A DNA stretch of 64,000 nt, taken from assembly GCA_030390025.1 (NCBI GenBank), contig CM059432.1:86492001-86556000 (forward strand), given 5' to 3'. This DNA is from Squalus acanthias. Its lineage: Eukaryota. Below the pieces are notes generated by a model. The model worked only from the letters and a program-made list of their open reading frames with translations, was not told the origin of the DNA and did no database searches. The position numbers were made by a program, and so were the translations under genes. Within the stretch, counting starts at the first letter, position 1. Every line of letters begins with the position of its first letter. Of the stretch, positions 36,895 through 49,844 are shown piece by piece.

Positions 36895-38545
36895 AAGAAC
36901 ATAAGAAATAGGAGCAGGAGTAGGCCATTCAGCCCTTCAAGCCTGTTCCACCATTTAATAAGATCATGGCTGATCTTCTACCTCACCTCCACCTTCTCGC
37001 ACTATCCCCATCTCCCTTGCTTCCCTTAGTATCCAAAAATCTAGCGATCTCCGTCTTGAATCTATTCAACGACTGAGCATCCACAGCTCTCTGGGATAGA
37101 AAATTCCAAAGATTCACAACCCTTTGAGTAAAGAAATATCTCCTCATCTCAGTCCTAAATGGCCAACCCCTTATTCTGAGTCTGTGACCCCTAGTTCTCC
37201 CCAGCCATGGGAAACATCCTCCCCACATCTACCCTGTCAAGCCCTTTAAAAATGTTATATGTTTCAATGAGATCACCTCTCATTGTTATAAATTCTAGGG
37301 AATATAGACCTAGTCTACTCAAACTCTCCACATAGGACAATCCCCTCATCCGAGGAATCAGTCTAGTGAATGGTGAGAAACTATTAAATGTTGGTGTTCA
37401 GAGAGATTTAGGTGTCCTCGTACAGGAAACACAGAAAGTTAGCATGCAGGTACAGCAAGCAATTAGGAAGGCAAATGGCACATTGGCCTTTATTGCAAGG
37501 GGGTTGGAGTACAATAGTGAGGAAGTCTTACTACAATTGTACAGGGCTTTGGTGAGACCACACCTGGAGTACTGTGTACAGTTTTGGTCTCCATATCGGA
37601 GATAGGACGCCTCAGAGGCGATGCAACAAAGACTCACTAGATTGATCCCTGGGATGAGCGGGTTGTCCTATGAGGAGAGGTTGAGTAGATTGGGCCTCTA
37701 CTCTCTGGAGTTTAGAAGAATGAGAGGTGATCTCATTAAAACATATAAGATTCTGAGAGGGATTGACAGGGTAGATGCTGAGAGGTTGTTTCCCCTTGCT
37801 GGAGAGACTAGAACTAGGGGGCATAGTCTCAGGATAAGGGATCGGCCATTTAAGACTGAGATGAGGAGGAGTTTCTTCACTCAGAGGGCTGTGAATCTTT
37901 GGAATTCTCTACCCCAAAGGGCTGTGGATGCTCAGTCATTGAGTATATTCAAGGCTGAGATAGATAGATTTTTGGACTCTAGGGGAATCAAGGGATATGG
38001 GGATAGGGCAGGAAAGGAGTTGAAGTCTAAGATCAGCCATGATCTTATTGAATGGCGGAGCAGGCTCGAAGGGCCGTATGGCCTACTCCTGCTCCTAATT
38101 CTTCTGTTCTTATGAACCTTCGTTGCACTCCCTCTAAGGCAAGTATATCCTTCCAGGTGTGGTCTCACCAAGACCCTATATAATTGTAGTAAGACTTTTT
38201 TACTCTTGTACTCCAATCCAATAAAGGCCAACATACCATTTGCTTTCCCAATTGCTTGCGGTACCTGCATGTTAATTTTCTGTGATTTGTGTACAAGGAC
38301 ACTCAGGTCCCTCTGAATATCAACATTTCCCAGTCTCTCACCATTTAAAAAATATTCTGCTTTTCTATTTTTCCTACCAAAGTGGATAACTTCACACTTC
38401 TCCACATTATATTCCATCTGCCATGTTCTTACCCACTCACTCAACCTGTCTATAGCCCTTTGCAGCCTCTTTGTGTCCTCCTCACAGCTTACTTTCCCGC
38501 CTAACTTTGTATCGTTAGCAAACTTGAATACATTATACTCGACCT
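36895..38545 (-). mobile_element. CR1 3' portion interrupted by an opposite-orientation CR1
   Basis: EWVRTWQMEYNVEKCEVIHFG and TRGHRLRIRG on the minus strand. The sequence resumes after 38112. Confidence 0.88.
37371..38112 (+). mobile_element. 5'-truncated CR1 nested in an antisense CR1
   Basis: RALVRPHLEYCVQFWSP, LSYEERLSRLGLYSLE and a 3' tail. Short possible TSD TGAA. Confidence 0.88.
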
Positions 38546-38889
38546 CCTCATATTAGTATTGTAACAAATAGAGTATACAATAAACCTGCTTATTATTAGA
38601 CTGTTTAATACTATAATCTGATCAAATTACAAGATATCAAACAAATTCCTATTCATTTCATAATAATGTTTTATAAAACGTTTACCTCTGTTTTTAATCA
38701 CCTTTCACTGCTTCGTTACCTCCATACTCTCCTCTTACATTGGGGGTGCTGAACTGGGGCACTCTGGGCCAGAGAGCTGTCCATGGTGAGTGTCAGTGTT
38801 GATCCCTATTAGATAACAGGAAACATACTTACTCAAGCCCAATCAGTCGCTTAGGATGGGGAAGGGAGAGGAGAGGGCAAAAAATCACA

Positions 38890-39560
38890 AGATAGACATA
38901 GATGAGGAAGGCCATTCAATCCTCCCTAGCTGATTCATCCAGAAAGACCCTCCAGTCTTCCCATCATACGATCCAACTGTTTGTTAAATGATTTCAGGGT
39001 GTTTGCCTCCACAACTCAACCCAGAAGTCCATTCTATGTATTGATCATTTTTGCGTGAAGAAGAACTTCCTGACATCGGTTCTAAATTTTCCTTTTAATA
39101 GTTTGAACTGGTGTCCTCTTGTCCTACTACTTTGACTTAGTTTGAATTAGTGTCCTGAATCTACCTTATATTATCTTATATACACCTTTACAAGATCACC
39201 ATTCGGTCGCCCTTCAAGAGTAAAAAGCTTTTCTCTAGCTATCGAATAACTCAGTCTTACAACTTTGGCGATCAGTCTTGTGCCTTTTCTCTGAACTGCT
39301 TCAAATATTTCCTTCGTGTTTCGGTGACTAGAACTTGACGGAGTACTTGAGGTGTGGTAGAATACTATACAGGTTGAACATGAACTGCCTCTGACTCATA
39401 CTGTACCGCTTTTGCTATATGGTTCAGCATTTTATTTGATTTTTTGATTGCTGCTCTGCATTGGTTTGACATGTTGAGTGGTGAGTTTACTAAAATCCCG
39501 AGATACCTTTCAACTTCATCCTTAGCTATTTCAACACCATTCATGAAGTACTTAGATTAT
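38890..39560 (-). mobile_element. Ancient CR1-like 3' fragment
   Basis: Degenerate GAAGGCCATTC, GTGAAGAAGAACTTCCTG and GAGTACTTGAGGTGTGG segments typical of reverse CR1. Confidence 0.6.
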
Positions 39561-39693
39561 TCTTTTTTCTTCTTATGTACAATCATGTTCAAGCGTATAA
39601 ATAAGACACTTTTAAAGCACAATGATCTAATAGAAAGCTCCACCAGTTATCAGTGCCGGCAACTCCAGCTGCCAAATTCGTTGCAATGACTTT

Positions 39694-40423
39694 GGGCTGG
39701 ATTTTGAATGACCCATGGAGTCGGGTTTGGAGGCGTGTGGGGGGTTAAATTTGCGTGGTCGGGGTTTCCGACCCCATCCCGACTCCATCCCGCCTCCACG
39801 CAATTTTGACAGAATCAGTCGCGGGGTTCCCAACTCCGTCCCGCCCTCAAGAGGCGGGAGAGGCCATTAAAGCCCTTAACAAGCTCTAAATTGGCTCTGT
39901 AATGGCATTTTGAAACGCTGTAGCTAGTTTAACCCTCTTCTGACGTGAAGCACGCCTGGTGTGAAACACTCCAGTGAAACCTGGCGGGAACACAAGTGGA
40001 TAGCTGACTATCGGCTGCAGGTCCACTATTACAACGGAGATGTGATGAAGGTAGTATTAGTATTAGGTCTGAACGTCGCCTCTGATGCTGCTGCATTGAA
40101 TGTCTTCAGAGACTGGCTGGGAGGACTTGCTTGGCAAAAAAATTCTCTCTCTCTCTCTCCTTCCCCCCCCATTTTTGCATCCAGGTCCACTCACATCAAA
40201 AGCCAGGCAGGTCCTCTCTCACCAACAGTCTCTGAGACTAGGCAGTCCAGAGGCGACTTTCAGACTGAAAACACTAATTACTTCATGGGTTCCCACATGC
40301 TCCAACTCAATTGCCCAATTAAGTGAAAATTGCATCAGGCATCCACATTAATCTGGAGTCGGGGGGGAAACACGAAATGCGGATTACACGACCCCAACCC
40401 GACCCCAAGACAAAATCCAGCCC
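39694..40423. mobile_element. Non-autonomous Harbinger-type element (MITE)
   Basis: Perfect 13-bp TIR GGGCTGGATTTTG and CAAAATCCAGCCC, TTT on both flanks. Confidence 0.88.
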
Positions 40424-41005
40424 TTTGTTTTTGAAAAGCTCAGTGCGCTTTAGTCTTCAAAGACAGATATAAGCTACTGACTTCTGTGCAAAATGTTTTT
40501 CTTTGAATTTTTTTTGACTGAAAACACACTGGGGAGTATTTGCTTTCTTCACTATCTGTAGCAAAACTGTACACGCACAATTACAATTTCACTACAAATA
40601 TTAAACAGAGGAAATCTCTCCCAATTGGACCTTTTTTTCTAGGCTTAGGTGATCTAAAAAGATGTTGGCCAGATACCAAAAGTATGCAACTGGTCATGAG
40701 CAGAAAATAATCCACACAGAGGAGTATAACTGGTTAACAACTATAATGTTTCATGAATATCTTCAGGGGGGGCATCTCAAATCAGCCGTGAAAATACTAC
40801 ACTCAGCCAATCCAAGTACTGCATTTTCAAACACTGCAACTGAATGTTGTTCACTTAACAAATCACTTGACATCTGTGGTTCATTAACATTGAGATTCAT
40901 CTTAAAGTAGAAAAAGTGTGGCAACTGTGACTCATGCACGTGAGCTGGGTAAGGCTTATTATAAATTCTACACCCAAATTTGGATGTATAAAATAAAACA
41001 TCTTT

Positions 41006-41746
41006 GGGTAGAGTTTCCGCTTTGGGCGCAATCGGCGATTCCGGCGCAAATTACGCCCGTTTTGTAAAGTGTTTTTTCCCACCCCCTGATTTTCCACTCA
41101 AACTCATTTGCATATCGCCGAACACAAAATCTGCGATGAACCAGCGCAATCGGGCGGCGTTTTAAAACATTTTTTTTTTTAAAGTTGCTTGAAAAAATGT
41201 TCCTTGATATATTTAAGAGTGGTAACTTAATAAAGTTTGATTAATACAGCTGAAAATGGGGTTATCACAAAAAATAGGCATTTTAAATCACAGTGTCAAT
41301 CCACCACCTATGAGTAACCCCATTTTAAATGAATGAAAATAACTTTTAAAAAATATCCAAAACTATTTTCTAGTTAGATTAGGGTATAGTAGTCAGTTTC
41401 GAAGTAATTTTCAAAATTCATTCAAAACCTTTCAAAATGTACCCATTAGTGTCCTTACGCCTAAAGGATCCAGCTTAATATTTGGAGCCTCCTCAAACGC
41501 CTGCAAATGAGCACAATTAGCGGAAACTCCCAATGGTGATTAATTCATCCTGCAGGGCATGGCCAATTTGTCAGCCGGGCCAGCTACTAGCGCACTGTTT
41601 TTAAAACTAGCGCAAACGATCGCGGAAACTTGATTTGCACTGAATGCAATTTGTGCTTAAAATTCCGTGATCTTTTGCGCCGGTTACGCTGATATCGGGG
41701 GAATTGCACCGAAAAAACTAACACAACCGAGCAGAAACTATCTAGC
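41006..41746. mobile_element. Non-autonomous DNA transposon (MITE-like)
   Basis: CpG-rich ends and AT-rich core. Left end GGGTAGAGTTTCCGCT, decayed right end AGCAGAAACTATCTA. Confidence 0.55.
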
Positions 41747-44700
41747 TAGTTCAGGATGTATTCATTTGAAAAAAAATTGGATTACGTGTGGATTGACTTC
41801 TGCTGCAATTCTGTAGCATGGATTGCTTACTGCACTGATTTTTGCTTAAAGAAGGAGGATTTCAATATCAGAGTGAATAGAACTTATTTTAATTTATTCA
41901 GAGAATGTTGTGAAGTAAGAAATGCTCCATTTTTCTTTATGTTTACCCAATTCTTCATAATACACCAAATGATTCTGAGGTGTTTTTACAGGACAGTACA
42001 AATTTGAAAAGTTCAATACTCTTGAGGTTAAAACAGACCAGAATATACTATGGGACTTCTGAGATGAAAGAAAAATATCTGAATATCTCCTACTTTCTAC
42101 TATAGCATGGAAAACAATAGGCTCAAATCAGTAACAGATGTATTGTTTCTCAAATCACATTCCTGTGTCTTTGGTATTACTGTTCTACAGATGAATACTA
42201 ATCACACTTTGTTCATAAACTCCCATCAGTAACAATGAAAAATGGCAATAATAATCCAGAAAATGTCATGCAAACAAAATCAAAACTGTAGTACACAACT
42301 CATATTTTGAATTTATGTAGTTGGAAATAATTAGATGCGAGACTCCAGTTACATTCACTGGGGATGTCAGATTTCCAGATTTGATGAATAACGGAAATCT
42401 CTGAAAACAACATAAAAAACTACACGTGAGGGTAAGGCAGGAATTTAATAAAGATCATGTTCTGTAGGTCTGTTAACATTTGCATTTTTAACTGTTTAGA
42501 AACACTAGTGATGAACACAATTCTCACCCAGTTTATCTTTGCACTAAGGACATACTTATAATTTCACACATAACCACCACTATATTCACACTGACTTCAT
42601 TTTCACCAAGTGGCCACTATTCATGTGTAAGCCTATAAGTTAATGTTAGCAAGCTGTTCAACTATGGAAGGCATCATATCCACATTTAATCCTTTTCTCA
42701 CCCATGCATGTGTCATAAAAAAGGGAGATTTCTGTATTTCATCTCATGCAGTTTTGAAGTAACTGGAGTTAAAATGGAAGCCGCCTTTCTTCAAAATTTA
42801 AATGAAGGTAGGAGATGAACTATGTGTGGGACTAGAGCAAGTTGATTGATCTAGAAAATAATCAGGATAGAGAGATTTTGTTTTAGAACCTAATAACTAG
42901 AAAATTCTCCATAAGGTTTAGTTCCAGCAGGAAATGCGAATTCTGTGGATTGAATTAGTATTTGCATCATCCTTGCATTAAGAAGGTCTACCAAGAGATA
43001 AATCTGTCTGTTTCCAGCACTTTTACGAAGCTTTTAGTAATCCTTCCTAATATTCCTACATTGCTCGGCGCAATTTTTGTCTGATTATGCTTCTGTGAAG
43101 CACTTTGAGACATTTTTAAACTGCTCACTATTCCAGGATCATTCTGGAATGCAAAGATAACCCCCGGCTTTTCTCTACTGCTCCACCCTCACCTCCAGCA
43201 ACAAGTGCGAGGAGCTCATGGACTTCTTTGTCTCTAAGATTGTGACCATCCAATCAGCTGCCTCTGCCACTTCCCTTCATTCCCCTAGACCACTGGGCCA
43301 AACTTTCTCTAAGGTTCCCCTTGCCCTAGGTCTGAACTCGCATCTTTCTCCAGTTTCTCTCCGATCTCCCCTCGTCCTCTACAAGCTCACCTTGTCCATG
43401 AGACCCACTTCCTGCTCCCTTGACCCGATTCCCACTAAACTGCTGACCACCCAACTTCCTTTTCTGGCTCCCATGTTAACTGATAGTGTTAACAGTTCGC
43501 TCTCCTCAGGTACTGTCCCCCTCTCCTTCAAATCTGCCGTCATCACCCCTGTCTCAAAAAACCAAACCTTGACCCCCTCCATCCTTGCAAACTACCGCCC
43601 CATTTCCAACCTCCCTTGAACATGTTGTCACCTTCCAAATCCGTGCCCATCTTTCCCGGAACTCCATGTTTGAATCCCTCCAATCAGGTTTCCGCCCCTG
43701 CCACAGTACCAAAATGGCTCTTATCAAAGTCACAAATGACATCCTATGTGACAGTGACAAAGGTAAACTATCCCTCCTCTGCCTTCTCAACCTGTCTGCA
43801 ACCTCTGACACGGTTGACCACTCCATCCTCCTCCAACGCCTCTCCACCATCATCCAGATGGGTGAGACTGCACTCGCCTGGTTCCATTCTTATCTAATCG
43901 TAGCCAGAGAATCACCTGCAATGTCTTCTCTTCCCGCTCCCACATCGTTACCTCTGGTGTTCCCCAAGGACCTATCCTTGGCCCCCTCCTATTTCTCATC
44001 TACATGCTGTCCCTTGGCAAAATCACCCGAAAGCACAGCGTCAGTTTCCACATGTCCACAGACACCCAGCTCTACCTCACCACCACTTCTCTCGACCCCT
44101 CCACTGTCTCTAAATTGTCAAACTGCTCGTACAACATCCAGTACTGGATGAGCAGAAATTTACTCCAACTAAATAGGATGAAATGTATCCCAGGCTGTTA
44201 AGAGAAGCAAGGGAGGAAATAGCAGAGGCTTTGACCATCATTTTCCAATCCTCTCAGGCTACAGATGTGGTGCCAGAGGACTGGAAATGTTGTACCATTG
44301 TTTAAAAAGGGAGAAAGGGATAGTCCAAGTAATTACAGGCCAGTCAGCCTAACCTCAGTGGTAGGCAAATTATTGGAAAAAATTCTGAAGGACAGTATTA
44401 ATCGTCATTTAGAAAGACACAGATTAATCAAGGACAGTCAGCATGGATTTGTTAAGTGAAGGTTGTGTCTGACAAACTTGATTGAATTTTTTCAGGTGGT
44501 AACAAGGAGGGTTGAAGAGGGTAACGTGTTTGATGTAGTCCACATGGATTTTAGCAAGGCTTTTGATAAGGTCCCACATGGCAGACTGGTCAGAAAAGAT
44601 AATTGTATCAGCAGGTTTAGATTAGCTATGGAAAAGGACTGGGAGCAATCGAGAGTAAAAAGTAATTGGAGGAAGGCCAATTTCAGTGGGATGAGAACGG

Positions 44701-46230
44701 ATCTGGCCTGGGTAAATTGGAATCAAAGATTGGCAGGCAAAACTGTAATCGAACAATGGGCTGCCTTTAAAGAGGAGATGGTTCGGGTCAGTCGAGGTAC
44801 ATTCCCACGAGTGGGAAAGGTAGGGCAACCAAAGTCAGAGCTCCCTGGATGACGAAAGAGGTACAGAGTAAGATGAAGCAGAAAAATAGCGCTTATGACA
44901 GATGTCAGGTTGAGAATACAAGTGAGAATCAGGCTGAATATAGAAAGTTCAGAGGGGAAGTGAAAAAGAAAATAAGAGGGGCAAAAAGAGAGTATGAGAA
45001 TAGATTGGCAGCCAACATAAAAGGGAATTCAAAAGTCTTCTATAGGCATATAAATAGTAAACGGGTAGTAAGAGGAGGGGTGGGCCAATTAGAGACCAAA
45101 AAGGAGACCTATGCATGGAGGCAGAGGGTTGGCTGAGGTACTAAATGAGTACTTTGCATCTGTCTTCACCAAGGAAGAAGATGCTGCCGAAGTCATAGTG
45201 AAAGAGGAGGTAGTGGAGATACTGGATGGGATAAAAATTGATAAAGAGGAGGTACGAGAAAGGCTGGCTGTACTTGTAGATAAGTCACCAAGACCGGATG
45301 GAATGCATCCTAGGATGCTGAGGGAAGTTAAGGTGGAAATCGCGGAGGTACTGGCCATAATCTTCCAATCCTCCTTAGAAAAGCAGGTGCCAGAGGACTG
45401 GAGAATTGCAAATGTTACACCCTTGTTCAAAAAAGGGTGTGAGGATAAACCCAGCAACTACAGGCCAGTCAGTTTGACCTCGGTAGTGGGAAAGATTTTA
45501 GAAACGATAATCCGGGACAAAGTTAACAGTCACTTGGACAAGTGTGGATTAATTAAGGAAAGCGAGCACGGATTTGTTAAAGGCAAATCGTGTTTAACTA
45601 ACTTGAGTTTTTTGATGAGGTAACAGAGAGGGTTGTTGAGGGCAATGTGGTTGACGTGGTGTATATGGACTTCCAAAAGGCTCTTGATAAAGTGCCACAT
45701 AATAGGTTTGCCAGCAAAGTTGAAGCCCATGGAATAAAAGGGACAGTGGCAGCATGGATACGGAATTGCCTAAGTGACAGGAAACAGAGAGTAGTGGTGA
45801 ACGGTTGTTTTTCGGACTGGAGGAAGGTATACAGTGGTGTTCCCCAGGGGTCGGTACTAGGACCACTGCTTTTCTTGATATATATTACTGACTTGGACAT
45901 GGGTGTACAGGGCACAATTTCAAAATTTGCAGATGACACAAAACTTGGAAGTATAGTGAACAGTGAGGAGGATAGTGATAGATTTCAAGAAGACATAGGC
46001 TGGTGAAATGGGCGGACACATGGCAGATGAAATTTAACGCAGAAAAGTGCGAAGTGATACAATTTGGTAGGAAGAACGAGGAGAGGCAATATAAATTAAA
46101 GGGTACAATTCTAAAAGGGGTGCATGAACAGAGAGACCTGGGGGTATATGTGCACAAATCGTTGAAGGTGGCAGGGCAGGCTGAGAAAGCGGTTAAAAAA
46201 GCATACGTAATCCTGGGCTTTATAAATAGA

Positions 46231-46372
46231 TAGATGTTCTCTATCTATATATGCTTTGGCGATTCTGTATCTAATTTACTTCACCTGAGGAAGGAGCAAT
46301 CGATAGCTCCGAAAGCTTGTGATTTCAAATAAAACTGTTGGACTATAACCTGGTGTTGTGCGACCTCTCAAT
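46231..46372 (+). mobile_element. 142-nt Penelope-like mini-element (solo pLTR-like)
   Basis: Flanked by the 12-bp TSD TTTATAAATAGA (46219-46230 and 46373-46384). Contains TATATA, a hammerhead core and AATAAA. A second copy lies at 49708. Confidence 0.88.
46281..46322 (+). ncRNA. Minimal type I hammerhead ribozyme motif
   Basis: UCAC-CUGAGGA-A-GGAGC(AAUCGAUA)GCUCC-GAAA-G-CUU-GUGA. Conserved core, 5-bp stem II, stem I UCAC/GUGA, palindromic AGCU stem III. Confidence 0.8.
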
Positions 46373-48759
46373 TTTATAAATAGAGGCATAGAGTACAAAA
46401 GCAAGGAAGTTATGATGAACCTTTATAAAACACTGGTTCAGCCTCAACTGGAGTCCAATTCTGGGCACCGCACTTTAGGAAGGATGTGAAGGCCTTAAAG
46501 AGGGTGCAGAAAAGATTTACGAGTATGGTTCCAGGGATGAGGGATGAGGGACTTCAGTTACGTGGATGGACTAGAGAAGCTGGGGTTGTTCTCCTTGGAG
46601 CAGAGAAAGTTGAGAGAAGATTTGATAGAGGTGTTCAAAATCATGATGGGTCTAGACAGAGTAGTTAGAGAGAAACTGTTCCCATTGGCGGAAGGGTCGA
46701 GAACCAGAGGACACAGATTTAAGGTGATTGGCAAAAGAACCAAAGGCGACATGAGGCAAAACTTTTTTACGCAGCGAGTAGTTAGGATTTGGAATGCACT
46801 GCCTGAAAGGAGGCAGATTCAATCATGGCTTTCAAAAGGGAATTGGATAAGTACCTGAAGGAAAAAAAAATTGCAAGGCTACGGGGAAAGGGTGGAGGAG
46901 TGGGACTAGCTGAAGTGCTCTTGCAGAGAGCCAGCACAGACTCGACGGGCCGAATGGCCTCCTTCTGTGCTGTAACCATTCTATGATTCTAAAAGCTCAT
47001 GAAATCCAAGTTGGATCCAAAACCTGGCTCAGTGGCAGGAAGCAAAGGGTAATGGTCGAAGGATGTTTTTGGGACTGGAAGACTGCTTCCAGTGGGGTTC
47101 CGCAGGGCTCAGTACTAGTTCCCTTGCTTTTTGTGGTATATATCAATGATTTACACTTCAATGTAGTGGGCCTGATTAAGAAGTTTGCAGATGATACAAA
47201 AATTGGCTGTGTGGTTGATAGTGAGGAAGAAAGCTCTAGACTGCAGGAAGATATCAATGGACTGGTCAGGTGGGCAGAAAAGTGGCAAATGGAATTTAAT
47301 CCGGAAAAGTGTGAGGTAACACATTTGGGGAGGGCTAACAATACACAATACACAATAAATGGTAGGATACTGAGAAATGTAGCAGAACAGAGGGATCTTG
47401 GAGTGCATGTCCATAGATCCCTGAAGGTCGTAGGACAGGTAGATAAGGTGGTTAAGAATGCATACGGGATACTTTCCTTTATTAGCTGAGGCATAGAATA
47501 TAAGAGCAGGGAGGTTATGCTTGAACTGTATAAAACACTAGTTAGGCCACAGCTAGTGTACTGCGTACAGTTCTGGTCTCCACATTACAGGAAATATGTG
47601 ATTGCACTAGAGAGTGTACAGAGGAGACACTAGAGAGTGTATAGAGGAGATTTACGAGGATGTTGCCAGGACTGGAGAATTTTAGCTATGAGTAAAGATT
47701 GGCTAGACTGGGGTTGTTTTCTTTGGAACAGAGGAGGCTGAGGGGAGTGAGGTGTATAAAATTATGAGGGGCCTAGATAGAGTGGATAGGAAGGACCTAT
47801 TTCCCTTAGCAGAGAGGTCAATAACCAGGGGGCATAGATTTAAAGTAATTGGAAGAAGATTAGAGGGGAGCTGAGGAGAACTTTTTTTACCCAGAGGGTG
47901 GTGGGGGTCTGGAACTTGCTGCCTGAAAGGGTGGTAGAGGCAGAAACCCTCATCACATTTAAAAAGTACTTGAATATGCACTTGAAGTGCTGTAACCTAC
48001 ACGGCTACGGACCAAGAGCTGGAAAGTGGGATTAGGCTGGATAGCTCTTTTTCACAGACACGATGGGCCGAATGTCCTCCTTCTGTGCGTAAATTTCTAT
48101 GTTTCTATGATTCTAAATATTGGGAAGACTGAACCCATTGTCTTCCGTCCCTGCCACAAACTCCATTGCCTAGCCACCGCCTCCATCCCTCTCCCGAGCG
48201 TCTGTCTGAGGCTGAACCAGACTGTTTGCAACCTTGGTGTCATAGTTGACCCTGAAATGAGCTTCCGGCTACATAATCGCTCCATAACTAAGACCGCCTA
48301 TTTCCACCTCCATAACATCGCCCGCCTCTGCCCATGTCTCAGCTCATCTGCTGCTGAAACCCTCATCCATGCCTTTGTTACCTCTAGACTTGACTATTCC
48401 AACGCACTCCTGGCTGGCCTCCCACGTTCTACCCTACGTAAACCTGAGGTCATCCAAAACTCTGCTGCCCATGTCCTAACTCGCACCAAGTCCCTTTCAC
48501 CCATCACCCCTGTGCTCGCTGACCTACATTGGCTCCCCCAGTTAAGCAACGTCTCGATTTAAAAAGTCTCATCCTTGTTTTCAAATCCCTCCATGGTCTC
48601 GCCCCTCCCATATCTCTATAATCTCCTCCAGCCCCACAACCCCCAGAGACATCTGTGCTCCTCTAATTCTGGCCTCTTGAGCATCCCTGATTTTAATCAC
48701 TCAACCATTGGTGGCCGTGCCTTTAGCTGCCAAGGCCCTCAGCTCTGAAATTCCAACCC

Positions 48760-49080
48760 TTCAGATGAGACGTTAAACTGAGGCCCCATCTGCTCTCTCA
48801 AGTGGACATAAAAGATCCCAGGACACTATATCGAAGAAGAGAGGGGAGTTACCCGAGTGTCCTAGCCAATATTTATCCCTCAATCAACATAACAAAAACA
48901 GATTATCCGGTCATTATCACATTGCTGTTTGTGGGAGCTTGCTGTGCGCAGATTGGCTGCCGCGTTTCCTACATTACAACAGTGACTACACCTTAAAAAG
49001 TACTTCAGTGGCCGTAAACCGCTTTGGGACGTCTGGTGGTCATGAAAGGCTCTATATAAATGCAAGTCTTTCTTTCTTTC
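48760..49080 (+). mobile_element. 5'-truncated Deu-type SINE inserted in the L2 3' end
   Basis: TTCAGATGAGACGTTAAAC...TAAATGCAAGTC(TTTC)n, homologous to the reverse complement of 11528-11860. Confidence 0.85.
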
Positions 49081-49707
49081 TCCCTAAACCTCTCCGCCTC
49101 TCCACCACTCTTTCCTCCTTTAAGACGCTCCTTAAAACCTACCACTTCATCTGCCCTAATTTCTCCTTTTGTGGCTCTGTGTCAAATTTTGTTTTAATAC
49201 ACTCCTGTGAAGCGCCTTGGGATGTTGTACTACGTTAAAGGCGCTATATAAATGCAAGTAGTTGTTGTTGTTTCACCCAGAATGCATTTTAAAGAGGCTA
49301 TTTTAATACCTTATAGACTGATTTCAAATTCTATTGTTTTTAAGTATTGTTCTGATTTATCATTTGGCTTTGGTGTATTAATTAATATATAAATAAATCT
49401 TTGGTGTATTAATTAAAGTCATTTTAGTTTATATGCTTTGATTTCTCAGTGTGGTATTTACTGCTTGTCAGGAGAGACAGCTGAATGTGATGGGCTTCCC
49501 AAGTGATCTCTGGTGAACATTATACCAAATTTAGGGGGTAGCTGTAACTCCTAGACACTCTGTCCCATACATGGCATGGTCTCAGTTGTATCTTGCTATG
49601 TCTTTGATGTGGTACCTTCCTGGCTGACCTGATTAACTTTATCACACCTCGGCAGATAGTCAGGATGATTTAATTTAGTTGTCTGCAATTGTAAGGTACA
49701 CATGCAT

Positions 49708-49844
49708 TGTTCTCTATCTATATATGCTTTGTCGAGTCTGTAGTTCTCTACTTCACCTGAGGAAGTGGCGATCGATAGCTCCGAAAGCTTGTGATTTCAA
49801 ATAAAACTGTTGGACTATAACCTGGTGTTGTGCGACCTCTCAAT
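49708..49844 (+). mobile_element. Second copy of the hammerhead-containing mini-element
   Basis: Same start (TGTTCTCTATCTATATATG) and end (CGACCTCTCAAT) as 46235-46372. Core CTGAGGA at 49757-49763, stem II partly mismatched. Confidence 0.88.

Larger units (their letters stand above)
44599..46990 (+). mobile_element. CR1 LINE B nested in CR1 A
   Basis: [47 protein letters not shown] and an ATTCTATGATTCT tail. Same family as 3352-4035. Confidence 0.88.
44176..48112 (+). mobile_element. CR1 LINE A inserted in the L2 and itself split by CR1 B
   Basis: ORF2 runs ...FDKVPHGRLVRK (44598) and resumes KAH...WLSGRKQRV (46991). (TTCTATG)n tail. Confidence 0.88.
43118..49270 (+). mobile_element. L2 LINE (decayed), split by nested CR1s (44176-48112) and a SINE
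   Basis: SCSLDPIPT, NYRPISNLP, QSGFRPCHST, GVPQG, then LNIGKTE, FVTSRLDYSN, LHWLP and an L2 3' tail. TSD CTAAATA at 44169-44175 and 48113-48119. Confidence 0.92.
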
